Source: Iphione sp. A-MEVVRFRX5 (lineage: Eukaryota). Taken from it: DNA of 64,000 nt. Each line of letters begins with the position of its first letter. Within the stretch, counting starts at the first letter, position 1. The position numbers and the translations under genes are program-made. The stretch spans positions 39,804,001 through 39,868,000 of the forward strand of contig OZ320316.1 in assembly GCA_976226885.1 (NCBI GenBank). The letters are read 5' to 3'. The notes beneath the pieces were generated by a model, which saw only the letters and a list, made by a program, of their open reading frames with translations, made no database searches and was not told the origin of the DNA. Shown here piece after piece: positions 49,401 through 61,300 of the stretch.

Positions 49401-51125
49401 AAGCGGACAGTGGGCGGAGGAGCGCCGCGACAATCTTTTCATCCTCTCCGCCAGCCAAGGACCCAGCCAGCGGTCTCCGCCCCAGTAGCCACGCAGTGGT
49501 AGGACAACAACAGAAGCACTAGCAGCATCTACAGTTCTGGCCCTGCAGATATGAACAAAAAAGGGAAGGGGAAACAGCAGAGGTGATACCAGAATTGCAG
49601 CTACAAACACAGGAAACTTGGCTCCAACAAGTTTTCGCCGGGGACGACGGCAAAGGCACAGTCCGGTTTAAGGGTAATATTTCAGAAGACGCACGCCAAG
49701 GGTGGCGCGTCAGTTAACTTGTCACGCTCACCGCGTCGCACCCCGGCCACGGGTGCAAACAGATCGAGTAATTGTCATAAAGCGCTTCCCTTTGTTCGCC
49801 ACCTTGCGTCTCATCCCAACCCCCTTCACTGCCTCCCAATCCTGCCGCACGCCTCCACGCCAAGTATATGTTCTCTTTGATCTCCTACAGACAAGAAAAG
49901 TATTATTAATAAAGCAATAACATAGGCGGCGATGGGGCCACACACCTCCTGTAACTCAGATCTGGCTTCTGACAGGCTTTTTCCTACCCATGTCGCGCTA
50001 TAAGGAAGGATCGGAGAATTGCGTTTCATACATGCATTATTTGCTAACTTTATGGGCAGAAGGCGCCAAGGTGAACAATAATGAATTAGTTAGGATAGGG
50101 TGGGGCGCCTCACAGACGAGAAGATAATGTTCAAGCAACCACCTATTCTAACAGGAGCCACTGAGCTGTTGTATCACAGGGTAAGGAAGTGGGAAGTGTA
50201 AAAGTGTAAAAGGACTTGTATCATACAAAATGATACAGATGCTGCAGGCAGATCCGTTAATCCATCCTAACCTTCTTTTTATATCTATTACATTGGATGC
50301 AAAGTGATCCCAACTCTTAACGTCTTTTATAACTTCTTTTCGCCCCGTTTAAAATGTACAAGGAGGACAAAATGTGGTGTACGAGACAAGTCTATATATC
50401 CTGCCTACAGACCATTGAAACATCTCCGTCGACTGAGAGTGACTGCGCTAATCTACATCTCAGTCCAGAGAATGTATATGAACGAAGATGTCTGACCAAA
50501 AAGACTGCAGATATAATGTAAAGCATGAATATTAAGCCTTTGTTATTTTAAGATTTGACCATAATCAGGAAATGACGTTTATTATGATTATTAACGTTAC
50601 TTGAAACTTTATTCTGGTTCTATTTAAAAGTGGCCTGTTTTTGATTTGACTTTACTTCTGAGTTAACTGTATTTCTTAATTTATCATAAAGTCTTATACT
50701 TTTTACTTTAATATCTGCATGGTACATGCAAATTCAGGATTCAATAGCCGAATAGTGTTCGTTTCAGAAATCTTTTCATATTGAGTTCTATTTCCATAGT
50801 AAGACAACTTTTGGTTACACTACACATATAAAACATTGCCCAAAAGTAGGTCCGGCCATAGACTCTGGCCCCTCATAGTGACGTGGTTTAAAAAATACAT
50901 TATTTTTCATACTGATTGATCCTTAAAGATATCTCCAAAAGAGAAATGATTATTTATCTTTTGGTTATGCGTGTGTATGTATTTGACACTTGTTGGCCTA
51001 CTCTCTACACAGAGAGATTTATTCTTACAACCCTTTGTTTAGTCAAGCAGACCTGAGGGCTGTAAAAGGCCAAATGTATTCTTCCACCCCCTGTGTCCAG
51101 TCAAGCAGAAATGAGAGGTTGTAAA

Positions 51126-51130
<5 letters not shown>

Positions 51131-51176
<46 letters not shown>
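51131..51176. repeat. (TC)23 microsatellite
   Basis: Read directly. It is preceded by a 26-bp imperfect duplication AGTCAAGCAGA..TGAG..TGTAAA at 51041 and 51099. Confidence 0.95.
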
Positions 51177-51178
<2 letters not shown>

Positions 51179-52138
51179 AAATGCTGTGAGCGTTTTACTG
51201 ATAGTAGGAGACGAAGGCGCTTGTCTCTTTAAAATCTATTTGTATGTGTCCACATACTGAGTGTTCAGAAATTGAGTTCATATATAAAAATAGAGAAGTC
51301 TATAATGTATTTCCATACCTATCGGAATAACATTTGATTTTTAAAAGTCACGTAAATGCACTCCGAATTTACACATCGTTCTCTTGAAAGCTCTCATTGA
51401 AAATTCTCTCCTCACAATATAGATCAAACATTATTCTTCCGTGCAACATTTTATACAACTATTTATATGTTGACCAGGCCAGATCTTACCAAAATCCCAC
51501 CTAAAGTGGTCTGTCTTATACATGCATCCTACTACATGTATACCCTTACGTTTATTCATATTTTATACTACTCTTCTCGCTCTCACCACTTTCTCTTTCT
51601 TTCACTCTGTCGTGTTCTCATATCTGTGTACATGTGCGTCATGGTTGCAAAAAAATTGCACTCGCTTATACTACTACCATTCTCCATTCCCCTAGGGTAT
51701 ACAATAGGACGGACAGGTGCAAGCTGGAGGTAACGCTCGCCCGAAGCTCTTGTGTCTGGAATTTTCCAAAGAAAATACTTCGCGAGAAAAGAATATGCAC
51801 TCAGCAGTTGCCCCGTACAGCTCCCCTATCATTCTGTATGCAAAAAATTATTTATGGAAAACTTTGAAACATTCTATTAATTTAGTGCCACAAATTAGCA
51901 TTGCAGATGGACTTTTCCAGCATATTCAAGGAGGTGCCGTAAAATGTGGAGAACAGAGTACGTGATATATCATGCACCGTGTTATTGTTGCTGAATTTGT
52001 ACGTTTTTGTTCTAAAGATAAATTGTCCTTTATAATTAAGTCCGTATACCCCGTTTCAAACCTCACACATTCATCAGAAATTTATGACATACATGTACAT
52101 TCCTTTCAATATTGATCCAAACCTAAGTGTCTTGTCTT

Positions 52139-52155
52139 GGCCTGTTTCCATACGA
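52139..52155 (+). mobile_element. Isolated Harbinger-like terminus
   Basis: GGCCTGTTTCCATAC resembles the 5658-6325 TIR (GGCCTGGTTTCCATAC). No partner end found. Confidence 0.25.
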
Positions 52156-52894
52156 TAGACATTTGGTTGTCAATTTTTTTTTCATGTGAAATCTGCTGAG
52201 ACTATGTACACCCTAAAATTCATTTAAGTTCTGAAAATATGCGTATACCCTGCAACATGTCCAAAGCAATAAAGAGTTTATGCGAGAATGTTTGTCGATC
52301 TTGCTATGTACTAAAATGCTAGAAAGAAAGAAATTAACATTCCTTCGCCTTAATTCACTTCTGCCATAAATTAGCTTTCTATTTTCTGTGATTTAATTAT
52401 GGATATGAGTTTGAAATCACAAAACTGTATATTCATGACTATTTATATTTACTCTGATTATCTCTTACCTACCGTGTGTTGCTGGTGTCTATTAGGCCGT
52501 AGTTGCAATATCTACTTTAAGAAACTACTTTGGAATCATGTCAACAATGTCAAGGGCGTCCTTTTTTTCGCTGTACCTGTATCAGTTTTTTATTAGTTCA
52601 TTAAGATCAGAAGGACAGTGAAAGGGCTGACAGGGGCTGGCGTGAGTCAACAACGTGTGGTAAAAAGACACAGACAAAAGGACAGATCCGACTCGTCTGG
52701 CCACGCCATGCCAGCAGGGACGGATTTTGTGTCCCCTCTCCAAATCCCACAAATGTTTTGTCTCATTTGGTTATCCATTTATTTATTTTTTGTCATCATC
52801 CTGGGCGGCTGGCCTCCTACTGTATGGTTAGGGAGAGAGTAGCTCTTTATCACAGCAGTCATCCGTTAATTCAAATCTTTTCATACCTCACTTG

Positions 52895-53255
52895 TACTAC
52901 CGCTGCTACTAAAAGATTTTTTCGATCAAGCACAATCTCGTAAATACTTGATGTGTCAAAGATGTACCATGCACTGGACGATATATCTTAAAAAAATTTT
53001 GTGGACCTTTTTTTACCACTGCTGGAAAAATAGAACTGAAACATTGACTCAAAAAGATTTATCTATTAGCATGCTATTAAGCACCTCGTTTGTAGGTATC
53101 ACTGCTATTAAAAGATTCTTTCTTGCTTCGATACATTAAAAACACTTGATGTTTCAAGGATGTGGCCTATGGATGACATATTTTTGCTTTTGTCGATCTC
53201 TTCTTACCACAGCTGGAAAAATAGGAGTGAAACATTTGCTTCAAATCGGCTTCTC
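52895..53255. repeat. Diverged tandem duplication, unit about 190-200 bp
   Basis: Paired anchors CTGCTA.TAAAAGATT (52903/53102), ACTTGATGT.TCAA.GATGT, and TTACCAC.GCTGGAAAAATAG (53013/53204). Confidence 0.85.
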
Positions 53256-53499
53256 TATTATTAAGGGACTGAGGGACCAAGAGACAAAAGAAAAAACACT
53301 TGCTTGTATGCCCATTGGTTGTGTTTCCTCTGTTGGCACCGATGCAGTGTGTTGACCTTGCCAGAAGCTGAAGAGGTTGCCTTTAGCTGAGAACTAGGCG
53401 CTATAACTGGTGTTAGTGTGTCCGTGTGTGTGTATGTGCTTGTGGGTCAGCCTTCCCCAGCGACAGGCGACTGGTGCGTGTGTGTGCGTGTGCGCGGCC

Positions 53500-54070
53500 G
53501 TGCGTTGGCCGGGTACCAGGAGGCTGAGGCAGCCGACCTCCTGGCTCGCCTGCCATTGGCTGCTGACCGGCCACATTAGTTATTAGCCCTGCCCAGTTGG
53601 ACATTATTCAGCGCGGACGGTGGATGGTCAGCGTCTCGCCAGCCACTGCAATGCGGACCGGGCCAGGGAGGTGGGGGCCGGACTGACGGACGACCAGCAC
53701 TACTGCCTTTCACGTCTACACACAGACGCACAAATACATACACATAGCCACTGTCCGCTTGGCGGCTCCGGCCACACGAACAAACACGCAGCCGTGACCG
53801 TCCATCAGAGGCGAGAGCGAAGAGGGGCGTGATGGCCGCTGCCTTTCGGGGTCAGATGACCACTGGTCAATTGGGCTTGACCAGCGGCGGTCGATAATGA
53901 ATGGCGAGGGCGGGATGAGCGGCGGCTGCTGTGGACAGGCAGATTAGTCATCGGGCGGTGGGCAGCGCGCTCCTATTGGCGCTCGACGGCCGTTCCCGCC
54001 CCCGCTCCCGCCACTGGCCACGCCCGCATACTTAGCATGCCATTAAGCATCGTCTCGGCGCGCAGGCTGA
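53500..54070. promoter_or_regulatory. CpG-rich island with CCAAT and GC boxes
   Basis: High GC and CpG content, ATTGG boxes near 53555 and 53975, and CCCGCCCC near 53995. No downstream gene recognised. Confidence 0.35.
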
Positions 54071-57000
54071 CCACTCATCGCCTACTCGACTGAGCGCGAC
54101 GGCTGACCATTAGCTAAATCAAGAGGCATAGACCCGTGCATTTTCGCCGTGGAAATGGTGTTATCGCTAACAATGCAGACCAATAAAGCAGATGATAGCC
54201 TCTTGCACGTGATTGATGGTTGTCCACGTGCGGATTTCGATCCGTAATGATGCTTCCGAGCGCACGCGTTCGTGCTTAGGACGGAGCGTCCAGTGCCAAA
54301 TGCCACGGAGGAAATATATGTGTTAAGTAGCTTTGAAAAAGTAGGACAAAGTATTTTTCGTTAGAAATTGGATCACTAACAGTGAATAGCATTGTCGAAA
54401 AACAATTGAGAAAGTATAACGCAGTGAAACAACAAGTGGTATGCCTGGTTCACCGAGAAAAGCTCCACCCTGTAGCGTCCGATGGCATTTCATATCGATC
54501 AGTCCCTACACTTTTATTTGCCTACACAAAAAATGTCGCACTTCGAAACCAGACAGTGTGTATACGTAAGCATGGCCCTTTTGTTTCTTTTTTTTATTTA
54601 CATAAGGTATATTTATGAGTGTTCTCATTATGGTAGAGGAATGAAATGGAACACTGCCAAATCAAAGCTGTAGTCAAGACTATGTGGCTATAAATAGGGT
54701 ATGACTTCTGTTAGCCTGCCTCTCTGCTGCTGTAGGTAACAAGGGGTTGCATGTGTCCGTTTTGAAGGGAAACTTCTTTGGGTGTGGCAGACACTTGCCC
54801 ATCGTCAAGAAAGGCGTTAGACCACAAAGGAGTGACACATCGCCATATCTCGGGCGCTACTAGTATCTCAGCGGTGTCGAAGAGAGTTGCTCCGCAACTC
54901 GCCGGGGCCCGGGTAATACTCAGACCTGATAGTGGCGCCGGGACATAGCGCTGGGAGGCCAGATCTTATCGAGGCGAATCCAATTTGGCTTGCACTAGGT
55001 GGGTCTATTTATTATGACTGATGAAACCCCGGCGATGGCGGACTGCTGGAGGGATATCGCCGAAGATGGGCAGGAGGGAAGATGGTGGGGGTAGTGTACG
55101 GTACGTACACAATGCCTGCAGCTCCTGGAGGAAGGGATTACCTCGTGGGAGGGATGGCTGAGAAGCAGACCGAGAGGAGGTGGCGGTTGGGGTGTTTATA
55201 TGGGGCCTGGGTGGGAGGGTGGATGGGGGCCAGTGATTGGCCAGGAGGCTGTCGGCACTGGCGTAACCTGCCGCCAGTGAACAGTCTGATAACGGCAGAA
55301 CTAATATTTCTTAGTGTATCACTCTCGGACTAATAAGTCTTCCCTGCCCTACAGTATCCTCCTCTACTGCACTGATTTCCACTCCAACACCCAATCGGCT
55401 AGGCTTTCTCCCATAGTGGATCGTCGTCTCCTTCCTCATCATTCTCAACCGCCCTCTGCAAAGTGTGCTAAACGGGCTGCCTCAAACGTGATATAAACCG
55501 CAATATTTCCATCCACATTATTTATTTCCAACCCAGTCTATATCCCAAAACACCAGCCAAGTCCAGGTTTAGCAAGACATAGAAAGTGTAGCAGCGTAGA
55601 GGCGAGTCAGCACACTTTGGCACATACATATATACTGTGTATTTATTATCAGTTATGCCAAACTTCATATTGGGGCCTATTTTAATCATCTCGACGCCCA
55701 CATGGTGTCAAAGGGACAGCCACCGCATCTTATATCCATGTTTAGGGTTGATTTAAGACAATCGTATGACAACAGCTGTAAATTAGAAATGTAAATTTAT
55801 TCTCCCCAGCCGTTCTCTGATCTGCGTCTCGTGCGCTGCTGCCAACATACCTACAAGACTGCACCTGGTCTCCGGGCACACATTGATCTTAAACCCACCG
55901 CCACCACCGCCAGGCCGCTCGTCGATGCGAGCTGAAATATGAAGCAATTTTCTGACCCCAGACTTCATCGAGAGTCAGGAAATAGCTGTGTGATGTCTGT
56001 CAGTGGCACGGCGACGCACTTTGTTTACCAGCATGGCCTCCCGACCTTTGCGCCACCGACTTGATTGCCGTCCGAACGCCCGCTGTAATGAAGTTAGGGA
56101 AGTTGCCGAGAGAGGGCGGTGGCGAGCGAACCTCGCGGTGAGCGGCCGCCTGCGTTACCTGCTTATCATGAGTGGACGTCACGGCTGCGGTCATGAATAT
56201 GTGGCCCGCTTAATGCCCACTGCTCGCCTGCCATTGGCCGGCCCTGCGAACGGTCAGCGCGCCGCGGCCACTGCCGCCTGAGCCCGGGCGGCATTTCCCG
56301 GTACTACTTACATAGGGAATTTACGGCGGATCAAGAAGACTGGGCGGGGTGAACGCATCGTAGGCATGCTGCTGCCGCTGCCGGGATGTTGATGGCGGTG
56401 CTTTACACGCCCATCTTAGTCATGTTGGGGGAAATAAAATAATACCCTTTTGAAATAGCAAACTTCCCTGCATAGAAGCGGGCGAAAAAAGATCGATGTG
56501 ACCCATTGTATCCCGCCGAATGGCAGTTGGTTGGGTAGTGAAAAAGGCCGCATGTCTCGAACACGGTGTACTCTTTTCCACGATGACACTGCAGTCTGAT
56601 CTCCTTGTAAGTATTAGAATTCTCTACACGATCTTTACCGATGAAATTACTATGAAAGGAATTAGGTGGCTTTGCTGTGTGCCACCTCTATTGATTTTTT
56701 CGCATGAAAGTTCACTACTCGTTTCAGGTTCTGATTTGGTATTCTTCACAAAAGTCCTTTGTTTATTTATTTTGAAAGTTTCTTACTAAGAGAACCAGAG
56801 AAATCCGAACAATTACTGAATGGCCAAACTTCGTCTTTTCAAATACCCCCTCCCCAGCAGTAAAGGCGGATGAAAAAGGCATATTTGAGAGAGTGCTTCA
56901 GGCAAGGAAGACGACCTGTCAGGTTTACAATTCTGGTGGGAGCTTGAGTGAGGACAGTAAAACACCCACCGGGCCAGCATGTTTTGAACAGTTTTGAGTT

Positions 57001-58122
57001 TCTCTCGGCACTTATCTTGGCAATGATGAATGCGAATCAGGGCAAGGTGCAGAAGAAGTATCTTCTCACAGTTACCTGTTCCAGTTCCTGTCAGTTGTGA
57101 ATTATATTTGACTATTCGCCCCCTCCCCCCCGATCCCTCCACTGTGATTTCTACCTTTTACTTTTACCCTCGAAAAGTGCCAAGCTTATAGGTGTACCTG
57201 CTGCATCACTTTTGTAGATTGATCCCTCGGACTGTCTTGGCGGACGCGAGTTTCAGGCTATATGCGTGAGGTTTAACCTTCCATTAGGCATCGCCCACTT
57301 TCTGGTCGCTGCCCCTTCATCTCGACGGTTCACGTCTGACGAGTCCCAGCGAGTAGGTTGCATTAGGCGCCTCTCAGAGTGGAGATGCGCAGCCGAGGGG
57401 CTAAGTATACCGTTTCTGTTTGTACTTAATACAGGTGAGATAGGCGCGCCACTCATGCCTTTTGGGATCGTCGACGAAGCGCTTGGAGGGTTCATGCACA
57501 GGGCGGATGTTTTTTTTTTCAAGGGGAGAACCTGATGGGAGAAGAGGATCTGTCTGCGGGAGGCGGGTTCACAAGGCGCTGTACAGCGCACTCTGCTGGC
57601 TACCCTCACGACGAGGCGTCGAGCTGAGCACGGCCACCAGGGGTTGACAGGCCCCAAGATGGATGTGTTAGCGGTGAAAGGCCCCGCGCTTCCGTCATTT
57701 ATCTTGTCACTGGTAGCTGCACTGGGTGGGATGGTGACGCGGGTTGGGGCAGAGGTAGCCAGGGCTACAGGGTGAGTCAAGTTGCCCCGAAGCTGTTGTG
57801 TTCTGACGTCCGTACCACTCTCCCGCGCCTCCCACGGGCGCTAAGTGTTCAGTAGATGTTTCCATCAGGCTGCCATATAACCTTTTCCTCTGACGATTGA
57901 CCTTCAACAATGCACGCCACAGTAAACAAAGATGACTGCGCCCTCTTTAGCAACAGAGGTAGTTACAGCCCTAACAATAGGAAAAACGAACCGATACCGA
58001 TAATACGTGTACATACAAGTATACACATGCATGGGAATGAAAGAATTGTCACTTGCCTTCAAATCACTCAGTGATTAAAAGTGGATTTTTACATTTAAAA
58101 TGAAACAAGCAAATATCTTGTA

Positions 58123-58295
58123 CATTGGAAACTCTCTACTATGGACAGCAAAGGAACTGGCAAAAAATTGCAAATAAGGAGTAGTGTGTTTGCTGGAGTA
58201 TTCAAACATGATTATATAGATTTGGTTCTGTTTCTAGGCTATACATAAGGTGGTATGTCCTTAATAGATGGGGTCCATATAGAGGGGTTCCACTG
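58123..58295. mobile_element. Tc1/mariner (pogo-like) MITE, 173 bp
   Basis: TA|CATTGGAAACTCTCTACTATGGAC...GTCCATATAGAGGGGTTCCACTG|TA: imperfect TIRs of about 24 bp with a TA duplication on both sides. Confidence 0.85.
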
Positions 58296-58324
58296 TACAA
58301 TCAATTATGGCTAACTTTTCCCAG

Positions 58325-58382
58325 GTGATGAATAGCAAAACCATAAACGCTTTTTCGAGTTCATGTTATTCGGGACGTTGGA
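58325..58382 (+). other. Candidate small exon (58 nt)
   Basis: Branch-like CTAAC plus ttttcccag acceptor, and donor GTAAGT at 58383. One open frame (VMNSKTINAFSSSCYSGRW). Confidence 0.35.
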
Positions 58383-61300
58383 GTAAGTTACAACTTGTTT
58401 AATGATTCACTCAAAGTTGCATAAGCAGGAAGATAACCATCGCTATTTTGGGTTCATTACCGATGATTTTATATTCTGGATTGTGTTTTTTAACGTTTTC
58501 TGCGCATATTTTCAGTACCCATTTTCCGTACAAAACAAAACACGTTTACATACTTGGCACGACTCGTCCAATATTGTGTGGGGTTTAAATTTGACATGCC
58601 TTTAACTATTTCAGCCAACTTGCTCTCTTTTAATCAGTTTCTTTTATATCACTACGAATACATGAGACTGATTAATTTTAAAACACTCTGTCGAACACTA
58701 CAGAAGTTGTATTTAACCTTACTACAACGTCAAATCTTATAATGGTGTACATATACATATATTCATATTCATATATGCGCATACGTTAAAATTAAAATGA
58801 ATGATGAACACAAAATCATATCCAGACACAAAGGCTTTTTAACGTAAATGTCTTACTATGCGTCCCTACGTAAGACACGGGCACAAATAGAGGCAGACCG
58901 GCCCGCTGGTCCTGTCTGAATTATGCATGCAGCAGGCCATCAGAAACAATTTGTAGCGATTGAAACGAACCGACAACATAAAACGATGGGCCATGTGCGC
59001 CGGCCGTAACTTTACTGCAGACCTTATCTGGCACGCCAGTGCTGGCCAATCACACCATTGCATGCCTTTCACTTCCTTTCCCAGTCATATGCGTTCACCT
59101 GACCGTGCAGCAGTACAGCCAGTGTCTTCGGATGGGGTTCGGTCTGTAAATATACCGGCTTTTTGCTTCTCTCGGACTCTGCTGGGGAAGAGGGGCGCGT
59201 TGCAAAGCCTAAATGACTCATTTTGAAATGCCTCACTATAATGTAATTGGAGTTCCGTTGTCTTAGATCTGTTTGCGGAGAGAAAAAGGTACCGTTTTCA
59301 AAAGTCTAATCTCTTTAATGGCACTAATGTATGTAAAGCCGAGACGTTGTCCTTTGCATGCTCATGCCCCACATTTCACCGATCGACCTGGCACAACAGA
59401 TAAAGCTTGATAATATCCTCATATCTGCTGTTGTCGTCTTCCTGCCTGTATTATGCTCTCCAAGAACACTCTACACAACATGATGACGCGGATGGCGAGG
59501 CACCCAGGTAACGGTGGCCCACAATAAATGTGCTCCTCTTGGGAAGGGTCGGGGGGACTGATGTTGGTTGGGGGCTACGGTCGAAACGGGGCGGGAAACG
59601 TTGTGTGGGAGGGGGTGGAAATAGACGGATTCCTTCATCCAGGGGTGAGGGTCGAGTCAAGGGCACGAACCTAGATGTACTGATGACCTTGTAAGCTTCG
59701 GTCAGGTTATGTCAACTGCATGTAAGCTTTTGATGACTTTATAAATAATAAAAAGAGCTTGTTTGCCTCAAATTAAACCCATTCACAAAAATAATTGGGA
59801 AGGAAAGCGAAAGACATTCTTTTAGGAAAACCGTATCTCTGATGTTAACCATCTTGTAGAAAGCATTAAAGAAAACATGTTAGCGATTTTCCTAACACAT
59901 ATTCATTTATATATTTATTCGGTGCTCTCTGGGTAGACGATCACGTCATCGTAAATAGTACAGTTAAGACAACAAAGAACATTTTTGGCATCTTAATTAT
60001 TAATTACCGCCATGAATTCTAGAACGCAGCTGCACAAGAAGCTTTGTGAATTAATTTTCAATTTAACAGTGGCCATGTATCTTAAAGATATGTCACGTGT
60101 GAAATGATGGGGGTTTTTAATGATGTGGGCATTTCCGGAAGCAACTAACCGAATGATGGATTCCCAGTACTTCATTTTCTTCAGTTGGCCCCTCTGCTTC
60201 CAAATTTATTGGCGTATTTCCCATTGCATAGAGTTATACACGGGATGGTGACTACTGTCGTTTTGTTTTTTTCTAGCACCAATGTCGTCTGCACGGACAA
60301 ATGGCGACACTGAAGTCCAGAAGCATCTTGGGCTTGCGTTGGCATTGGCGGCTGGGATAGGAAGGCGCTAGGACACGGTGTAAAAAAAGGGAATTTATGT
60401 TGGGGAAAAGATTATAAAAAACGACGTGGAATGCAATCAGTCTTGTTCAGTGTGGCAGGAAAGTTGAAGATTTATTGGGGAGAACGTATCGGAGGGACAC
60501 AGGCTTAACGACACGTGCACCTGCAGCAAAAAAGCTCCCCCTCCCTCGCTTCTCCCGGGGGTTGGAATTGGGCAGGGAGGAGGCGGGGGAGGGTAGAGTT
60601 GGCCACTGGGGCTCAGCCACTCTGTCATTGATCCAGATAGTGTCGGCAATTTATGGGAAAGGGGATCTTCTTAACCGTTATTAACTAATGAGTAAGACCT
60701 GAGTGGGCTTCTGGTACAGTCCGATTGGCCATGTCCGTTGACTGGCTTCGGCAATAATTAAAGACTCATCTGCTTCCGTTGTTTTTTGTCACTACTAGTA
60801 TTTACGCAAACACAGACCTTTTTAATGATGAGGCCAATTTCCCAAGTAAAACATTTGTTTAAACGTCTTGATTCTTTGAGCATCGCTTACAAATTACACG
60901 ATTTCAATCTGGAGCTTTCGACCTGACCTTCGAGATGTGATACAAATTTCGTAATAAAAACACCAGTCCAGCTACAAAATAGCTCAGAATCAATGTACTA
61001 CAAGTAGATTTATACAACTGAATACATCATAACTAGAGAAGGGTACAAGGGGAGGAGAAATGTCAGTATATCTCACTAGAATAATTTTGGGATTATGTCC
61101 TGCAATAAGTTTGCATGTGCACGACACCCAAAACTCACCGCCTTCTAAGGGTTGAACCATGGTTGAACCATATCAAATAGCGATGCATGTGAAGTTCCGC
61201 CATCTTGTTACTCGAGACTGCAATTGACCAAGTCACGTCCTTGATGGAGTCGCCCGGTGAATAAGATATAAGTCTGCGAGATGCGGGGCTAAAAAGAGTG

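Noticed and set aside
54467-54490. ACCCTGTAG, the miR-10 seed region
   Set aside because: The rest does not match miR-10 (ATCCGAATTTG) and no hairpin forms, so it gives no evidence for a Hox cluster.
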